Source: Pavona decussata
Lineage: Eukaryota
Direction of reading: 5' to 3'
Assembly (NCBI GenBank): GCA_977016875.1
Contig: CDRNST010000093.1
Coordinates: 2,418,001-2,482,000, forward strand
DNA: 64,000 nucleotides
A program made the translations under genes and the position numbers. Below, in pieces: positions 1 through 14,382 of the stretch. A model generated the notes under the pieces. The model worked only from the letters and a program-made list of their open reading frames with translations, had not been told where the DNA came from and made no database searches. The first letter of the stretch is position 1. Each line of letters starts with the position of its first letter.

Positions 1-823
1 CATAATTGCGCTATTGTTCCATTCCTTTGAAGTCGCTTTAGGTCCTCATCCAAAAGATCTCACCTTTTTCCAAACGAATGAAACCGAACTTATTCAACAC
101 GTTTTCGGTGGCTCCGAAGTGAATGCCCAAAGGGCTAAAAACGAGCCTTCAAGCTACAAAATCCAGCGGTTTTTCCCATTTCTGAATGACACACTTAAAT
201 CGGCGTGAAGTTGTAATGGAAACAAGTAACATAAAAATCCCCTAGAATAAAATTTAGGATCTCCAATAAAAATGCAAACTAACCTAAAACAAGTCACATA
301 AAATCTTACTTAGATTCCTTTTAAAAATCACATTAGGCATAAGTCTTTTTAATTTGTTAGGCAGGAAGGCCCAAACGTTCAAAGCTCTAAAGCATGTAGT
401 ATGTCTTGCCCATACAGTTCACAGCTTGGGAAGTCTTGGTAGAAAACCATTTCTAGTATTATGTGGCAATGCTTCACGGTTACTAGTGCTGTTGAATATG
501 AAGTACATGTCCAGAGGGGACAGCCTTATTGAAAGATGCCAAAAGGGAGATTAGGAGGGAAGATTTGAATGAGCATGAAGAATGACGCACATTAAATTAA
601 ATCAATAATGAAGGGAGATGGGCCCCATCATCCTTCAGTTTGTGTCTCACAATCTGCATTTCCAAATAACTCTTCTCTGTGCTTTTGGTACAGCCAGATA
701 GGCTAAAGCAAATGAGAATGAAATCCAAGCACACATGTAAATGTTCACAAGAAAGTTGTAATGTTTGAATACCACTGTTTTTATTCTGTGAGTTATATAG
801 CTCTAGCAAAGTCCTTGGCCTAC

Positions 824-5124
<4,301 letters not shown>

Positions 5125-5490
5125 GACTTTAATCTTTACTTGACAAAAACTAAAATTTTCTTGTCAATTTCGCCGGAAAACCAAAATGGCTTCCGTAGCC
5201 ACGTGAGATTCTAAAATTGCGCGCGCAAGTGGAGAAGAGACTTCCGGTAAAAATTAAATGGGAAATGCTTCGTTATTTAAAGGCAAATATTGCATTACTT
5301 CTCCTTACACGCATTCTTTTTAAAAATATTTTTATTTATAATAAAACAATTGTTAAAATAGCGTGAATTCACCCCAGAAAATCACCAAATTTGTCGCAAA
5401 AGGCCAGCCATCTTGAAAATGGTGCAATACTAAACTTTTCTTGTCATGTAAACTGCACGAAATGTTCTCGTTACCATACACGTTTCCAAG
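5125..5490. promoter_or_regulatory. Bidirectional promoter/5'UTR region shared by ABCE1 and the mTERF gene
   Basis: Divergent ATGs are separated by 366 bp. Motifs: ETS-like CCGGAA 5173-5178 and ACTTCCGG 5240-5247, YY1-like CAAAATGGC 5182-5190, E-box CACGTG 5200-5205, TGCGCGCGCA 5218-5227. Confidence 0.65.
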
Positions 5491-7065
5491 ATGGCGACTC
5501 TGTTGTGGCGTTCCTTCAGCAAAAATTTCCAGACTTCAATTATTTCTTGTTTAACTTTGGGCAGAAATCGTTTTTATAAGATTTCAAATTTTAAATCAAT
5601 AGCTACCCTAGGAGAAGAGGCTGAGGACAAGGGTGCTGTGGGGTTGGATTCCGTTCCTGACGAATCCCATTCAAATGCTAAGACATCGAGAAATGAATAC
5701 AAGATTCCGCCTCCTGCAAATTCAAATTTGTACGAGTACGTAAAGAAACTTGAGGAAACTGTAGCGCAGAGAAAAGGCACTATTTTAAAGTCTTGGTCAC
5801 GACTGACGAAACAACCACGAAACAAGAACTTGAATGTCTCCAGTGGCTTAAAGTCTAGATCACCACAGTGCCTTGGCCTGACAACACAGCTTCTTGAAGC
5901 AAGATTAAACTTCTTGAAGCAAGTAGGAATCAAGGGAAAAGATGCACTGATCATAGCCATGGAATTCCCAGCTATCCTTTCCTGGGATTCTCCCAACTTT
6001 GCAAAAATGTTGAAAGTTCTCACAGATCTGAACTGTGATGTCATTAGATTGATGTGTAGAACCCCATATGTTTTTGGCCTTGACTTAACAAAAGTAACAG
6101 AGAACATCAATAAACTTTCAACTGTTGGCGTAACAGAAGATATCATCGGGAAACTAATTACTCTTCATCCTCTAATTTTGAGCTTCCCTTTAAGAGATGA
6201 AAGCCTGGAAATGATAACACTTTTGCTAGAATATCACAAAAATGTACCTTCAGTTGACAACAGCTTTAAAGTGGATGTCAATGTAGAAGAAGCAGTTTTT
6301 AATCTCCTTCTTCAACCTCTTGAAAAATCTCAGGAGCAAGTTACTTTTCAAGATAGATTTAAGCATGTGGTTAGTTTTCTTCATGAACTGCAAGTTTCTC
6401 CACTTATAATTGCAGCCAAGAATCCGACAATCTTTCATAGCAACGTCGACACCTTACATAACACTGTAAAGTTCTTCAGTGGCAAGCCACTTCTGCTGGA
6501 GATGGAAGTGATCCAGCAGCTCCTTATTTCAAGATCTGAGATCTTTGTTAGTTTTGATGAAGAAGCAATGAAAAATCGAGTGCAGTTAATTTACCGCATA
6601 GTCCAAAGTCCAACAGCGCTATACAATCTTATTCTAGCTCATTCAAGCTTTGTGTTTGAGAAGAGTGACACGACAATGGAGGATGTAATTCATTGGTTTC
6701 AAGACATTGGCATTGAGGACAAACACATGCGGGATCTCGTAACTTTAAAGAACTTCTTTTCTATCGAGAAAAGAGAATTGACTGAGAAAATTAACTTCTT
6801 ATTATCAGTTGACGGAGTCACAATGGATGCCATAAAAAACCACCCAGCAATTCTTTTGAAACCACTATCACATCTCAAAGAGAGGGTAGAGTTTTTGAAA
6901 GCCAATAAACCAGATGTTCTAAATAGCAAGGACCTTGGTCAGGTAATGCTGACAAAGAACAAAGAATTTGCTACTGAGATTTGTGGATCATCACTGGAGC
7001 ATTTCAACCAAGTTTTAGAATCAGTGCACAAAAAAGAGAATTTAAATAAAGGCTCTGATGAATAA
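5491..7065 (+). CDS. Mitochondrial transcription termination factor (mTERF) family protein, intronless, 524 aa
   Basis: Long uninterrupted ORF. The N-terminus is rich in R/S/L/F and lacks acidic residues, like a mitochondrial presequence. It has repeated mTERF-type motifs (RLNFLKQVGI..IAMEFPAILS; LMCRTPYVFGLD; LITLHPLILS; KINFLLSVDG..IKNHPAILLKPLSHLKERVEFL). AATAAA at 7061 and 7215. The paralog identity cannot be assigned. Confidence 0.85.
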   Translation: MATLLWRSFSKNFQTSIISCLTLGRNRFYKISNFKSIATLGEEAEDKGAVGLDSVPDESHSNAKTSRNEYKIPPPANSNLYEYVKKLEETVAQRKGTILKSWSRLTKQPRNKNLNVSSGLKSRSPQCLGLTTQLLEARLNFLKQVGIKGKDALIIAMEFPAILSWDSPNFAKMLKVLTDLNCDVIRLMCRTPYVFGLDLTKVTENINKLSTVGVTEDIIGKLITLHPLILSFPLRDESLEMITLLLEYHKNVPSVDNSFKVDVNVEEAVFNLLLQPLEKSQEQVTFQDRFKHVVSFLHELQVSPLIIAAKNPTIFHSNVDTLHNTVKFFSGKPLLLEMEVIQQLLISRSEIFVSFDEEAMKNRVQLIYRIVQSPTALYNLILAHSSFVFEKSDTTMEDVIHWFQDIGIEDKHMRDLVTLKNFFSIEKRELTEKINFLLSVDGVTMDAIKNHPAILLKPLSHLKERVEFLKANKPDVLNSKDLGQVMLTKNKEFATEICGSSLEHFNQVLESVHKKENLNKGSDE

Positions 7066-7464
7066 AATAGCTGTTATTTCCTATCTGCACCTGGCTTTTT
7101 TGTTTGGTCAGAGCTGGGAGCCACCCCACCCACTCCCTCCCTTTCATAACTCCAAGTGTTAACCCCTTAATTTTAAGCCCCAGTGTAAACATGTGTATTC
7201 TCAAAACTGCTCTTAATAAATTATATTTCTTATGGAACAGTTTGGGAGAGTTCATTCGATAATCACAACATTTTGTCTTTACTGATCATTTCTTTTATTC
7301 TTGTGGCTTGAATATTACTCATTTTAATCAAGCTGTCATATGAAGATAGAAATTTGATTGGTCAGTTTTTGGGTTCTTTTCAGTGAAGCCTCCATAACAT
7401 GAGCTGGTAGTGTCTTACAGTGGGAATTACTTCAGGATTTCCAGACAGTTGGCGTCACAATTTC

Positions 7465-8005
7465 CCAAAGTATTTACAGCCTGCGTAAAGAGGTGTATGC
7501 ACAAAAAGAGATTGATCATCTCTATAACTCCATTGTGCTTTTGAAAATCATGTTTGGTTTTCATTGTATATGCAGCTAGTGCTTCAGATCTTACAGTTCT
7601 ACAACATTTTTTGACAAGATTTTTCAAGTGACACTATACCTCCGCCCATTCTAGTGTTTCAGATCTCTTAGAGAAATGCGACCGCTGTCTGTTCTATAGA
7701 ATGTCAGATAGGAACCGTCCGTTACATAGCCTTTTGCCTAAGTATAAAGAATCGTCAGCGAGACTGAGACTCTGATCATGTATCATGCGTAGTGTTAACA
7801 CGGAGAAATTCAAAGATAGCTTTTTTAATAGACTTGAGTTTAGATATAACTTAGGAGTATGAATTTATATTATTAGCTTGATTTTTTTATTAGTTGACTA
7901 CATATTTCTTATATTTTCAACTGATGTAATCTCGCTTGCATGTATTTTATATCTTTATGGTAACATCAAATACAGTGTATGTATTTTTATTTGATGGGTA
8001 AAGAC
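7465..8005 (+). mobile_element. Degenerate 3' end of a non-LTR retrotransposon (LINE) ORF2
   Basis: The frameshifted translation ..SLRKEVYAQKEIDHLYNSIV..VYAASASDLTVLQHFLTR..DLLEKCDR..LHSLLPK..NTEKFKDSFFNRL is typical of CR1/L2-group ORF2 C-termini. An AT-rich tail follows. Confidence 0.65.
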
Positions 8006-8554
8006 ATTCTGTTATCTCATGTTTTGCAGCAATCTTGCCTGTAGAGCCTCTTTTCTACATTTCAACAACAAAGGATAGACACATTCCATCAAGCTCATAT
8101 TATTTTGTCATCCTATCTTAAGGTGTTCAATTATGAGAACAAGCAGGTTGTCTAAACAAAACTGTTTGAATGTCAAGGGTCTTTTTGTTAAATTAGTCCG
8201 AGATTATTCCTGTCGGGAAATTTTAACCATGCCTCTAAAATCTCTTGAAGGAGCCTCAGAACCTTAAACTCCTCTAATTTTGAAAACGTTGAATCTTAGT
8301 TACATATTTCCTAAAACTGTGAAGGAATTTAATGTATTCTGTTAAGTCTCCCCTGGTTGAAGCTCTTTGTGTGATGTCTTACAGTAGAACGGCACCAGGT
8401 GTCCAGCTTTGATGGAAATTAAAAGTATTTCAGCAAGTCTTGGATTGATCAGCTCTGTAACCCTGGATACATTTCTTACCAATTCATAATTATTATCACC
8501 AGCTTGTTCCTGTAATTTGGGTGCCTCTTGCAAGATTCTTATGAATGATCCTAC

Positions 8555-9129
8555 CCCAGGGGCCCCACTCACATATTTTAATGACGGGGGGGGGGGGGGG
8601 GATTTTTTGGGGTCTGACATTTTGGCCAAAAGGGATTTTTTTTGGGTCTATGAAAGACGCCGGGATTTTTTGGGGTCGCAGAAACAACACAGGGATTTTT
8701 TTTGGTATTGTATTTTTCATCAGCTCAAATCAACAATAACATAAGCGCAATTTCTGCTTGTGTGGTATTACGGGATATTTCCGAGATTGTAATCTACTTT
8801 ATTTTGAAAAGTAATTACCGGCACTCCAAGCGGATCTAATCCAGAGAGAAATATTCAATAGGTCACGTAATTCAAGGCCTTCCTGTAAAGTTGTCGCAGA
8901 AGATAGGATGAAGAGACACTATAACAGTCAGCGTGTTTTTTGTATTTGCTTTTGTATAGTTTTGTTTTTGACCAAAACCAAAGTTGAAGTTGGCATGTTC
9001 TAGCTTTCCAGAAGATAAATAATAAAATTTGCTGATGCAAAAACCCTCAGGGATATTTTTGGGTATGCTAAAAAAAGTAGGGATTTTCTGGGGGGTTTTT
9101 TGGGTTTAAAATATGAGTGGATCCCTGGG
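8555..9129. mobile_element. Non-autonomous DNA transposon with 8-bp TSD (hAT-like MITE)
   Basis: Termini CCCAGGGGCCCCACTCACATATTTTAA / TTAAAATATGAGTGGATCCCTGGG; exact 8-bp TSD GATCCTAC at 8547-8554 and 9130-9137; internal GGGATTTTTTGGG repeats. Confidence 0.85.
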
Positions 9130-9835
9130 GATCCTACAGAGGGCAGAGAGGGGAGAAAATGGGGCTGGGAGAAGAATGCAAGACCCTGAACTATCCAGTT
9201 TCTTTTCCAGATACCAGATAACCTTTTTACAAAAAAGTAACGAGCTAGTGTTTCAAATTTCAGTCTCAAGGTCAAAACTTCATTTCAGATAATTTCTGTA
9301 TGCCAAGAAAGAACTGTGATCAGCATCAAATTTCTCCTTGTAACATTGATGTTTGTTCAACCCTGAACATGAGAATTAAGGATGTGATTACCCAAGGTGA
9401 ATTTTCTTGACACCAGTATTTTAAGAACTTCTCCCCAGTACACTTATTAGAAAAGTATGGGGACAATGTAGCAGGATTTTTTATTTGATAAAAGGGATGA
9501 CTCTAAAGGGTTAATTAACATTGCCAATATTAGTGTCGGTGCCAAATGATTCTGATTAGAAAGGGAGGAAGGGGGTGATGCAAGGGTGGCACTGTAAACT
9601 GTCAGGAAGAATAGGGGGTGGCCAAATAAGAGGCCAAACTAACTAAAGGACAAAAAAAAACAATGTTTTATAATAAACATCTGCAATGTGTGGGATATGG
9701 GAGTACAGGACAGTAGGAAGATCTTTCTCCCCACTTGACAAGGAACTAGAAATATAACAAGAAATAAGATGCCCATCACTCAAAGAAATGACAAAAGGCA
9801 ACACATGGTTGTTTCAGAAATTTATTTCAGAAGTT

Positions 9836-12800
9836 TCATACAACAAACTCGTATGGGATGGGCTCCAAAGTTTCCGGCGTGTTTCTCTTTGTGCGGACAA
9901 AGTGGGAGGTCCTTGGTGGAGTTGGCTGAAAGAGTTAAAAAAGGTGAGTATGTTAATAAAGACATTACTGTAAACATTGAATTTAACCACATGTGCACTT
10001 ACGTCACTGGCCTATCAACCCACAGTACCCACCCCCCGCTCCCCTTCCCAATGCCAACAGCTGCTGCAACAAGATAGCCCACGACCATTTTTGCAAATAC
10101 TGCATATGCGAATCAAACTAACTTTGGAAAGTACTCTTCAGCAGCTTTCATTTGGATAATCCATTCCAGTGAAAGCTACTGAGCAAAATGCATTCGTGGT
10201 ACTATTTCTTATGTTAAACAGATTGGTTGCAATTTTTGTGTCTTAAATGAAATCCGAAATGAGGACCCCAATCAAGATACTGTTCACACCTTTCTTTTGC
10301 AGTCAACTGTAAGTCCCTTCTCCTTGGCTTCCTTCTTCTTGAGTTCATTCTCCTTAACACGCCTACAAAACAATATTTAACATCAGCTCCTTCGTAATGC
10401 AGTCCAGTCAAATAAGAAAGACAGTTGACAGGAGATGCCGAAAAGTCAAACTCCTTTCAGAAAGAGCTAAGAGCAGCATTTCTTTTATTACATACAGTAA
10501 TTCAGAGTGGCAGCATCAGTTCCTAAAGAAAATGTAGACTTGGTTCTTTTCAATTCCTACCTCAAAAAGTCATCACGGCATTTTGAGTGCTTGATGTGCT
10601 CAACACGTACATTTATTCTCTTGGCCAAGATTTTCCCCCTGGTAAAAAAGAAAACATTATCACAGACAAGGTTTTCACAAAGTACAAAGAAAAATTTATG
10701 CTCTTGTAGTGCTGCCAAGCCTTTGTAATGCCCAGCAATTAAAGGGTTGAGTAAACACTGTCTTATGTTGAATTTTAGTTCAATGTTTTAGTGTCGTTCA
10801 AAAAGGACTTCAATTCAGGCTCTTTTAAACAGCCTATTCTCATTCCACAATCATAAGAATGATACTTAGTCGTTCTATTTTGTCTAGGATGAACAGAATG
10901 AAATAGCTTTCATTCCACCTTTGAGAAAGGTTATCTTTTGCATTTGTTTATATTCCAGTCATTTTAAACCAACCCCAAATTGTCATACTCATTCCTTTAG
11001 ACGACCCCCCCCCCCCCCTATCCCCACCTGTAAATCTGCAAAAATAAGAAAAATGAGACAAGTCTCCGAGAGAATTTGCACAGCCCCCAAATCTGAGTTG
11101 AGACACCAAAAACTTTCCAACAATCCAACAATAAGCCTTGCCAAATACATGTTTATAAACTTTTTAGGTTAGTGGTCTTTTGAAATAGTGATAATTATGC
11201 AAGTTCTATTCACAATATCACAACCTGATCAAGCATTCAACTTATGAGAAAAAAGGAAATGATCGCCAAAGACGAAGACATGTTGATACTGTGGCTTAAA
11301 GGGTTATTAACGCTGTAAAGTTTACTGTTTCAAGTAATTTTTGTTTTCAAACACAAACCAATACTATTTGAAATGCTGAATTCTAAATGGTCTTTGAATG
11401 CACTTGAGACCATGCCAATCTTTACAATTTCATGGTAAGACAGGTTCACCACTTACAATGCAGTAAAAGATGTATCTTAAAATGGTGACTTACTTGACTT
11501 GCTTGTTGACAATTACTCCACAAGCACGCTTGGTAACATTAAAAATGCGGCCGGTCTTGCCATGGTACACCTTGTGCGGCATTCCCTTGTGGATGGCACC
11601 ATTAACCTACCCCAAAAAATTAAATATAACAGTCAAGGTGATGTTTCACAAGTCAACTCTTAACAACGACTTCAACACAACACAGTGACCTGACAACATT
11701 TGACGAAACATTTTGTTGCGGCAACGCATTTTGCATGGTTTTGAAGAAAGGTCAAAAGCTTCCAATGTGTTGCCAAAACACAACTGCTTTTATTTGGTTG
11801 TCATGAGTGCAAAAGTTTGTCTAATGTTTATTAAAATTCAAATCTACAAAACATGTCCTGTTTATTTCCAAATTAAGTCATGGTTTCCCAGAGCGCTTGG
11901 TCACACTTAGATGCAACCACAAATAAATTCTTACAAATGCTGATTCTAGTGATACGTTATGCCCACTGCCTTGAAAGAAAAATACTAGATGGAGAATTAC
12001 CTTAATATCCACAATGTCACCAACTTTGTATGATTTCAGGTACGCTGAAAGATGGATGACACCTAAAAAGAGAAAAAACGTGACCTTACGTTTATTGCAA
12101 GCATGGACTGTCATGTCTGGTTCACACAAAAGATGTAACAGCAAGGTCACAAAAGCTCTAAAAAACTTTGTGCTAACTTGATGTCACCAATGTGAACAAA
12201 CGCCACACAACAGGAACATAATAACATACATGTAATTACATTAAAAGTAAAAATGATCTTTTCTTTGTGCTGTTATGTCAAAGTTATTATGTCGTTATGT
12301 TGCTAGTATGAACCAAGCTTTAAAACAAACTTCAGCAATCAAAAGCATTTAGCTTGCTAACTACCATTCAATTCATAAATGTACTATTTATAATAATAAT
12401 TAATAATTTTTACATTTGTATAGCACAAACCTCTATATGAATATACTCAGTTGCGCTTCACAATATTGTTAAGATAAGCGCGACTAAGAACACAAGAAAC
12501 TATTAAAAGCTACAAGCCCATACAATCAAAGGCAGCGATTACCTAGTTAATAAACTAGTTAAAAGACAAGACATGCAAAATGCAAATACCACTTGCACAA
12601 TTAAGGCTACAGTTTTGCGATATACATGTAAACAAAATGTGCATTGTACAAGTACAAGGCCTGTGCATCAAGTTTACGTATTTATTTCTCGCCATTTTTC
12701 AGCTAACCTGAGTTTATACATTATAACTGCGAGTTCGCGTGAAGCAAAATTAACACAGAATTCTTGATCGGAGCTTGCTGATCCTAAGATGTATAGCAAC

Positions 12801-13192
12801 CAATAACATTCTTAGCCCGTTACATGAACCATGCTGCCATTTAACATCCCCATTACCAAAAAATAGGACATCGAATTTATCAGTAGCCTGATTTTCATAC
12901 CAAGAATTGAGATAGATTAATTAAACAGCAAAATATACAAGCTTTAATAATTAAGGTGTAGTAAACAAATCTGCGTTGATATGAAGTCTTACTACAAGGT
13001 AGTCTTGTGATCCAAACAATATCGTATCCTTCTATCAAGAAGGACTACGTGTGACATTATTTATCGTTTCAAAGATTAGAAAATAATTGAAAACGAATAA
13101 GAAAAAACAGCACAGAAAACCTTACCACGTTTCCTAAAATCCCGAGAGAACATGTAGCGCGTTCCGCGCCGGATTCCGGTTGTATTCACCAT
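9836..13192 (-). CDS. RPL21: 60S ribosomal protein L21 (eL21), 160 aa, 6 coding exons
   Basis: Exons (-): 13192-13126, 12062-12001, 11606-11494, 10638-10561, 10362-10290, 9925-9836, totalling 483 nt. Translation: [166 protein letters not shown] (-) at 9826-9821. Confidence 0.98.
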
Positions 13193-13288
13193 TTTTATGG
13201 TCTTCTGCAATTTAAGAATATTTCCAGTTTATTATGATAAGAAACAGAAGGATCCAAACACCCAAACTTTACACATTTCTGTCCTTAC

Positions 13289-13331
13289 CTTCCAACCACG
13301 TGAACAAAGATGGTGGAAAACGAGAAAGAGG
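13289..13331 (-). promoter_or_regulatory. RPL21 non-coding first exon with TCT initiator / 5'TOP tract
   Basis: The minus strand reads CCTCTTTCTCGTTTTCC...GGAAG|GTAAGG, with the donor after 13289 and the acceptor TTGCAG before 13204. A polypyrimidine start site is typical of ribosomal protein genes. Confidence 0.8.
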
Positions 13332-13345
13332 ACGAAGCGAGGTTG

Positions 13346-13368
13346 GCATCCCATAATGCATCAGGCGA
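13346..13368 (+). promoter_or_regulatory. ZNF143/Staf-like site in the RPL21 promoter
   Basis: ATCCCATAATGCATCAGGCG resembles the Staf/ZNF143 core (TCCCAnAATGCA) and lies just upstream of the TCT start. Confidence 0.45.
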
Positions 13369-13694
13369 ACGCTAGTAATCACCAGTCTCGCACGTCCAGG
13401 CAGGCAACATAAGGTTCTCGCGCGCAGAACACCTTTTTTTTTTCTCGTAGTTTTTCTGCGCCTCGCCTACCTTTATCCATGCTACGACGAAGAAGGAGCG
13501 TTGCCCTTTCAACTTGGCAGGCAAACGGTAGCCATTATAGCCTAGGCCGGTTGTCAATGTTCAGTAAAATCCAGTGATAAACTGTGTTTGCAAGGACCAC
13601 CGTGACAAAATAAAAGTACCGGATCCTGTAGTGAAGGATCTAATCAGCAAAAAAATTGTAAAGCAAATAATCTAAAAAAAGAGCAAGGCTGATT

Positions 13695-14382
13695 TCTGAC
13701 GTACAGCGAAGTGATTGTTAGCCGTGGCTTTGTTAATAACAAAGAATTTGATAATTCAGCCTTGCTCTTTTTCGGTTGTCAATNNNNNNNNNNNNNNNNN
13801 NNNNNNNNNNNNNNNNNNNNNNNNNNNNNNNNNNNNNNNNNNNNNNNNNNNNNNNNNNNNNNNNNNNNNNNNNNNNNNNNNNNNNNNNNNNNNNNNNNNN
13901 NNNNNNNNNNNNNNNNNNNNNNNNNNNNNNNNNNNNNNNNNNNNNNNNNNNNNNNNNNNNNNNNNNNNNNNNNNNNNNNNNNNNNNNNNNNNNNNNNNNN
14001 NNNNNNNNNNNNATGAGGATTATCGGCCGGGCGGTCAGCAGATGTCTACATATTTGAAATTTAAGTTCTTTACAATAAACGTTATTTGAAGCCTTCAAAA
14101 ACACAGATTCAAGTAAAGCATTCCATTGTCGAGCCGTCGTTAGGATTTGATAGTTATGAACCAGGAGCCCATGATCTCCTGTGTGAACTGAATGGGTGTT
14201 TATTTGTTTGTCTAGTTTGGTTTCTTCAAATTATCACGTGGGTTAACTGCAACAAGGGTGTTTTACAATCTGAACCTGTAGCCATTTTCTTCTCAAGAAA
14301 TTAAAGGCTAAACCAAATTAAATTATCAAATTCTTTGTCATTAACAAAGCCACGGCTAACAATCACTTCGCTGTACGTCAGA
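13695..14382. repeat. ~62-bp inverted repeats flanking an assembly gap (probable DNA transposon)
   Basis: TCTGACGTACAGCGAAGTGATTGTTAGCCGTGGCTTTGTTAATAACAAAGAATTTGATAATT (13695-13756) and its near-perfect reverse complement (14321-14382); N gap at 13784-14012. Confidence 0.7.

Noticed and set aside
600-740. H/ACA-like hairpin plus AGAGAA in an ABCE1 intron
   Set aside because: The hairpin is lopsided and there is no proper second hairpin or ACA spacing.
5574-6146. 190-aa - strand ORF
   Set aside because: Antisense to the mTERF CDS; no independent evidence.
11850-11975. AAACCAT (U17/snR30 m2-like) in RPL21 intron 11607-12000
   Set aside because: It lacks the m1 ATATTCCTA motif and the expected spacing to an ACA box.
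12759-12908. Terminal stem AATTCTTG/CAAGAATT with CTGA/CCGA in RPL21 intron 12063-13125
   Set aside because: Box C is not canonical and no target was identified; too weak to call a snoRNA.
13711-14104. ORFs containing X runs (also 26718-27306 and 62228-62957)
   Set aside because: Artefacts of assembly N gaps; 26797-27306 merely contains one real exon.
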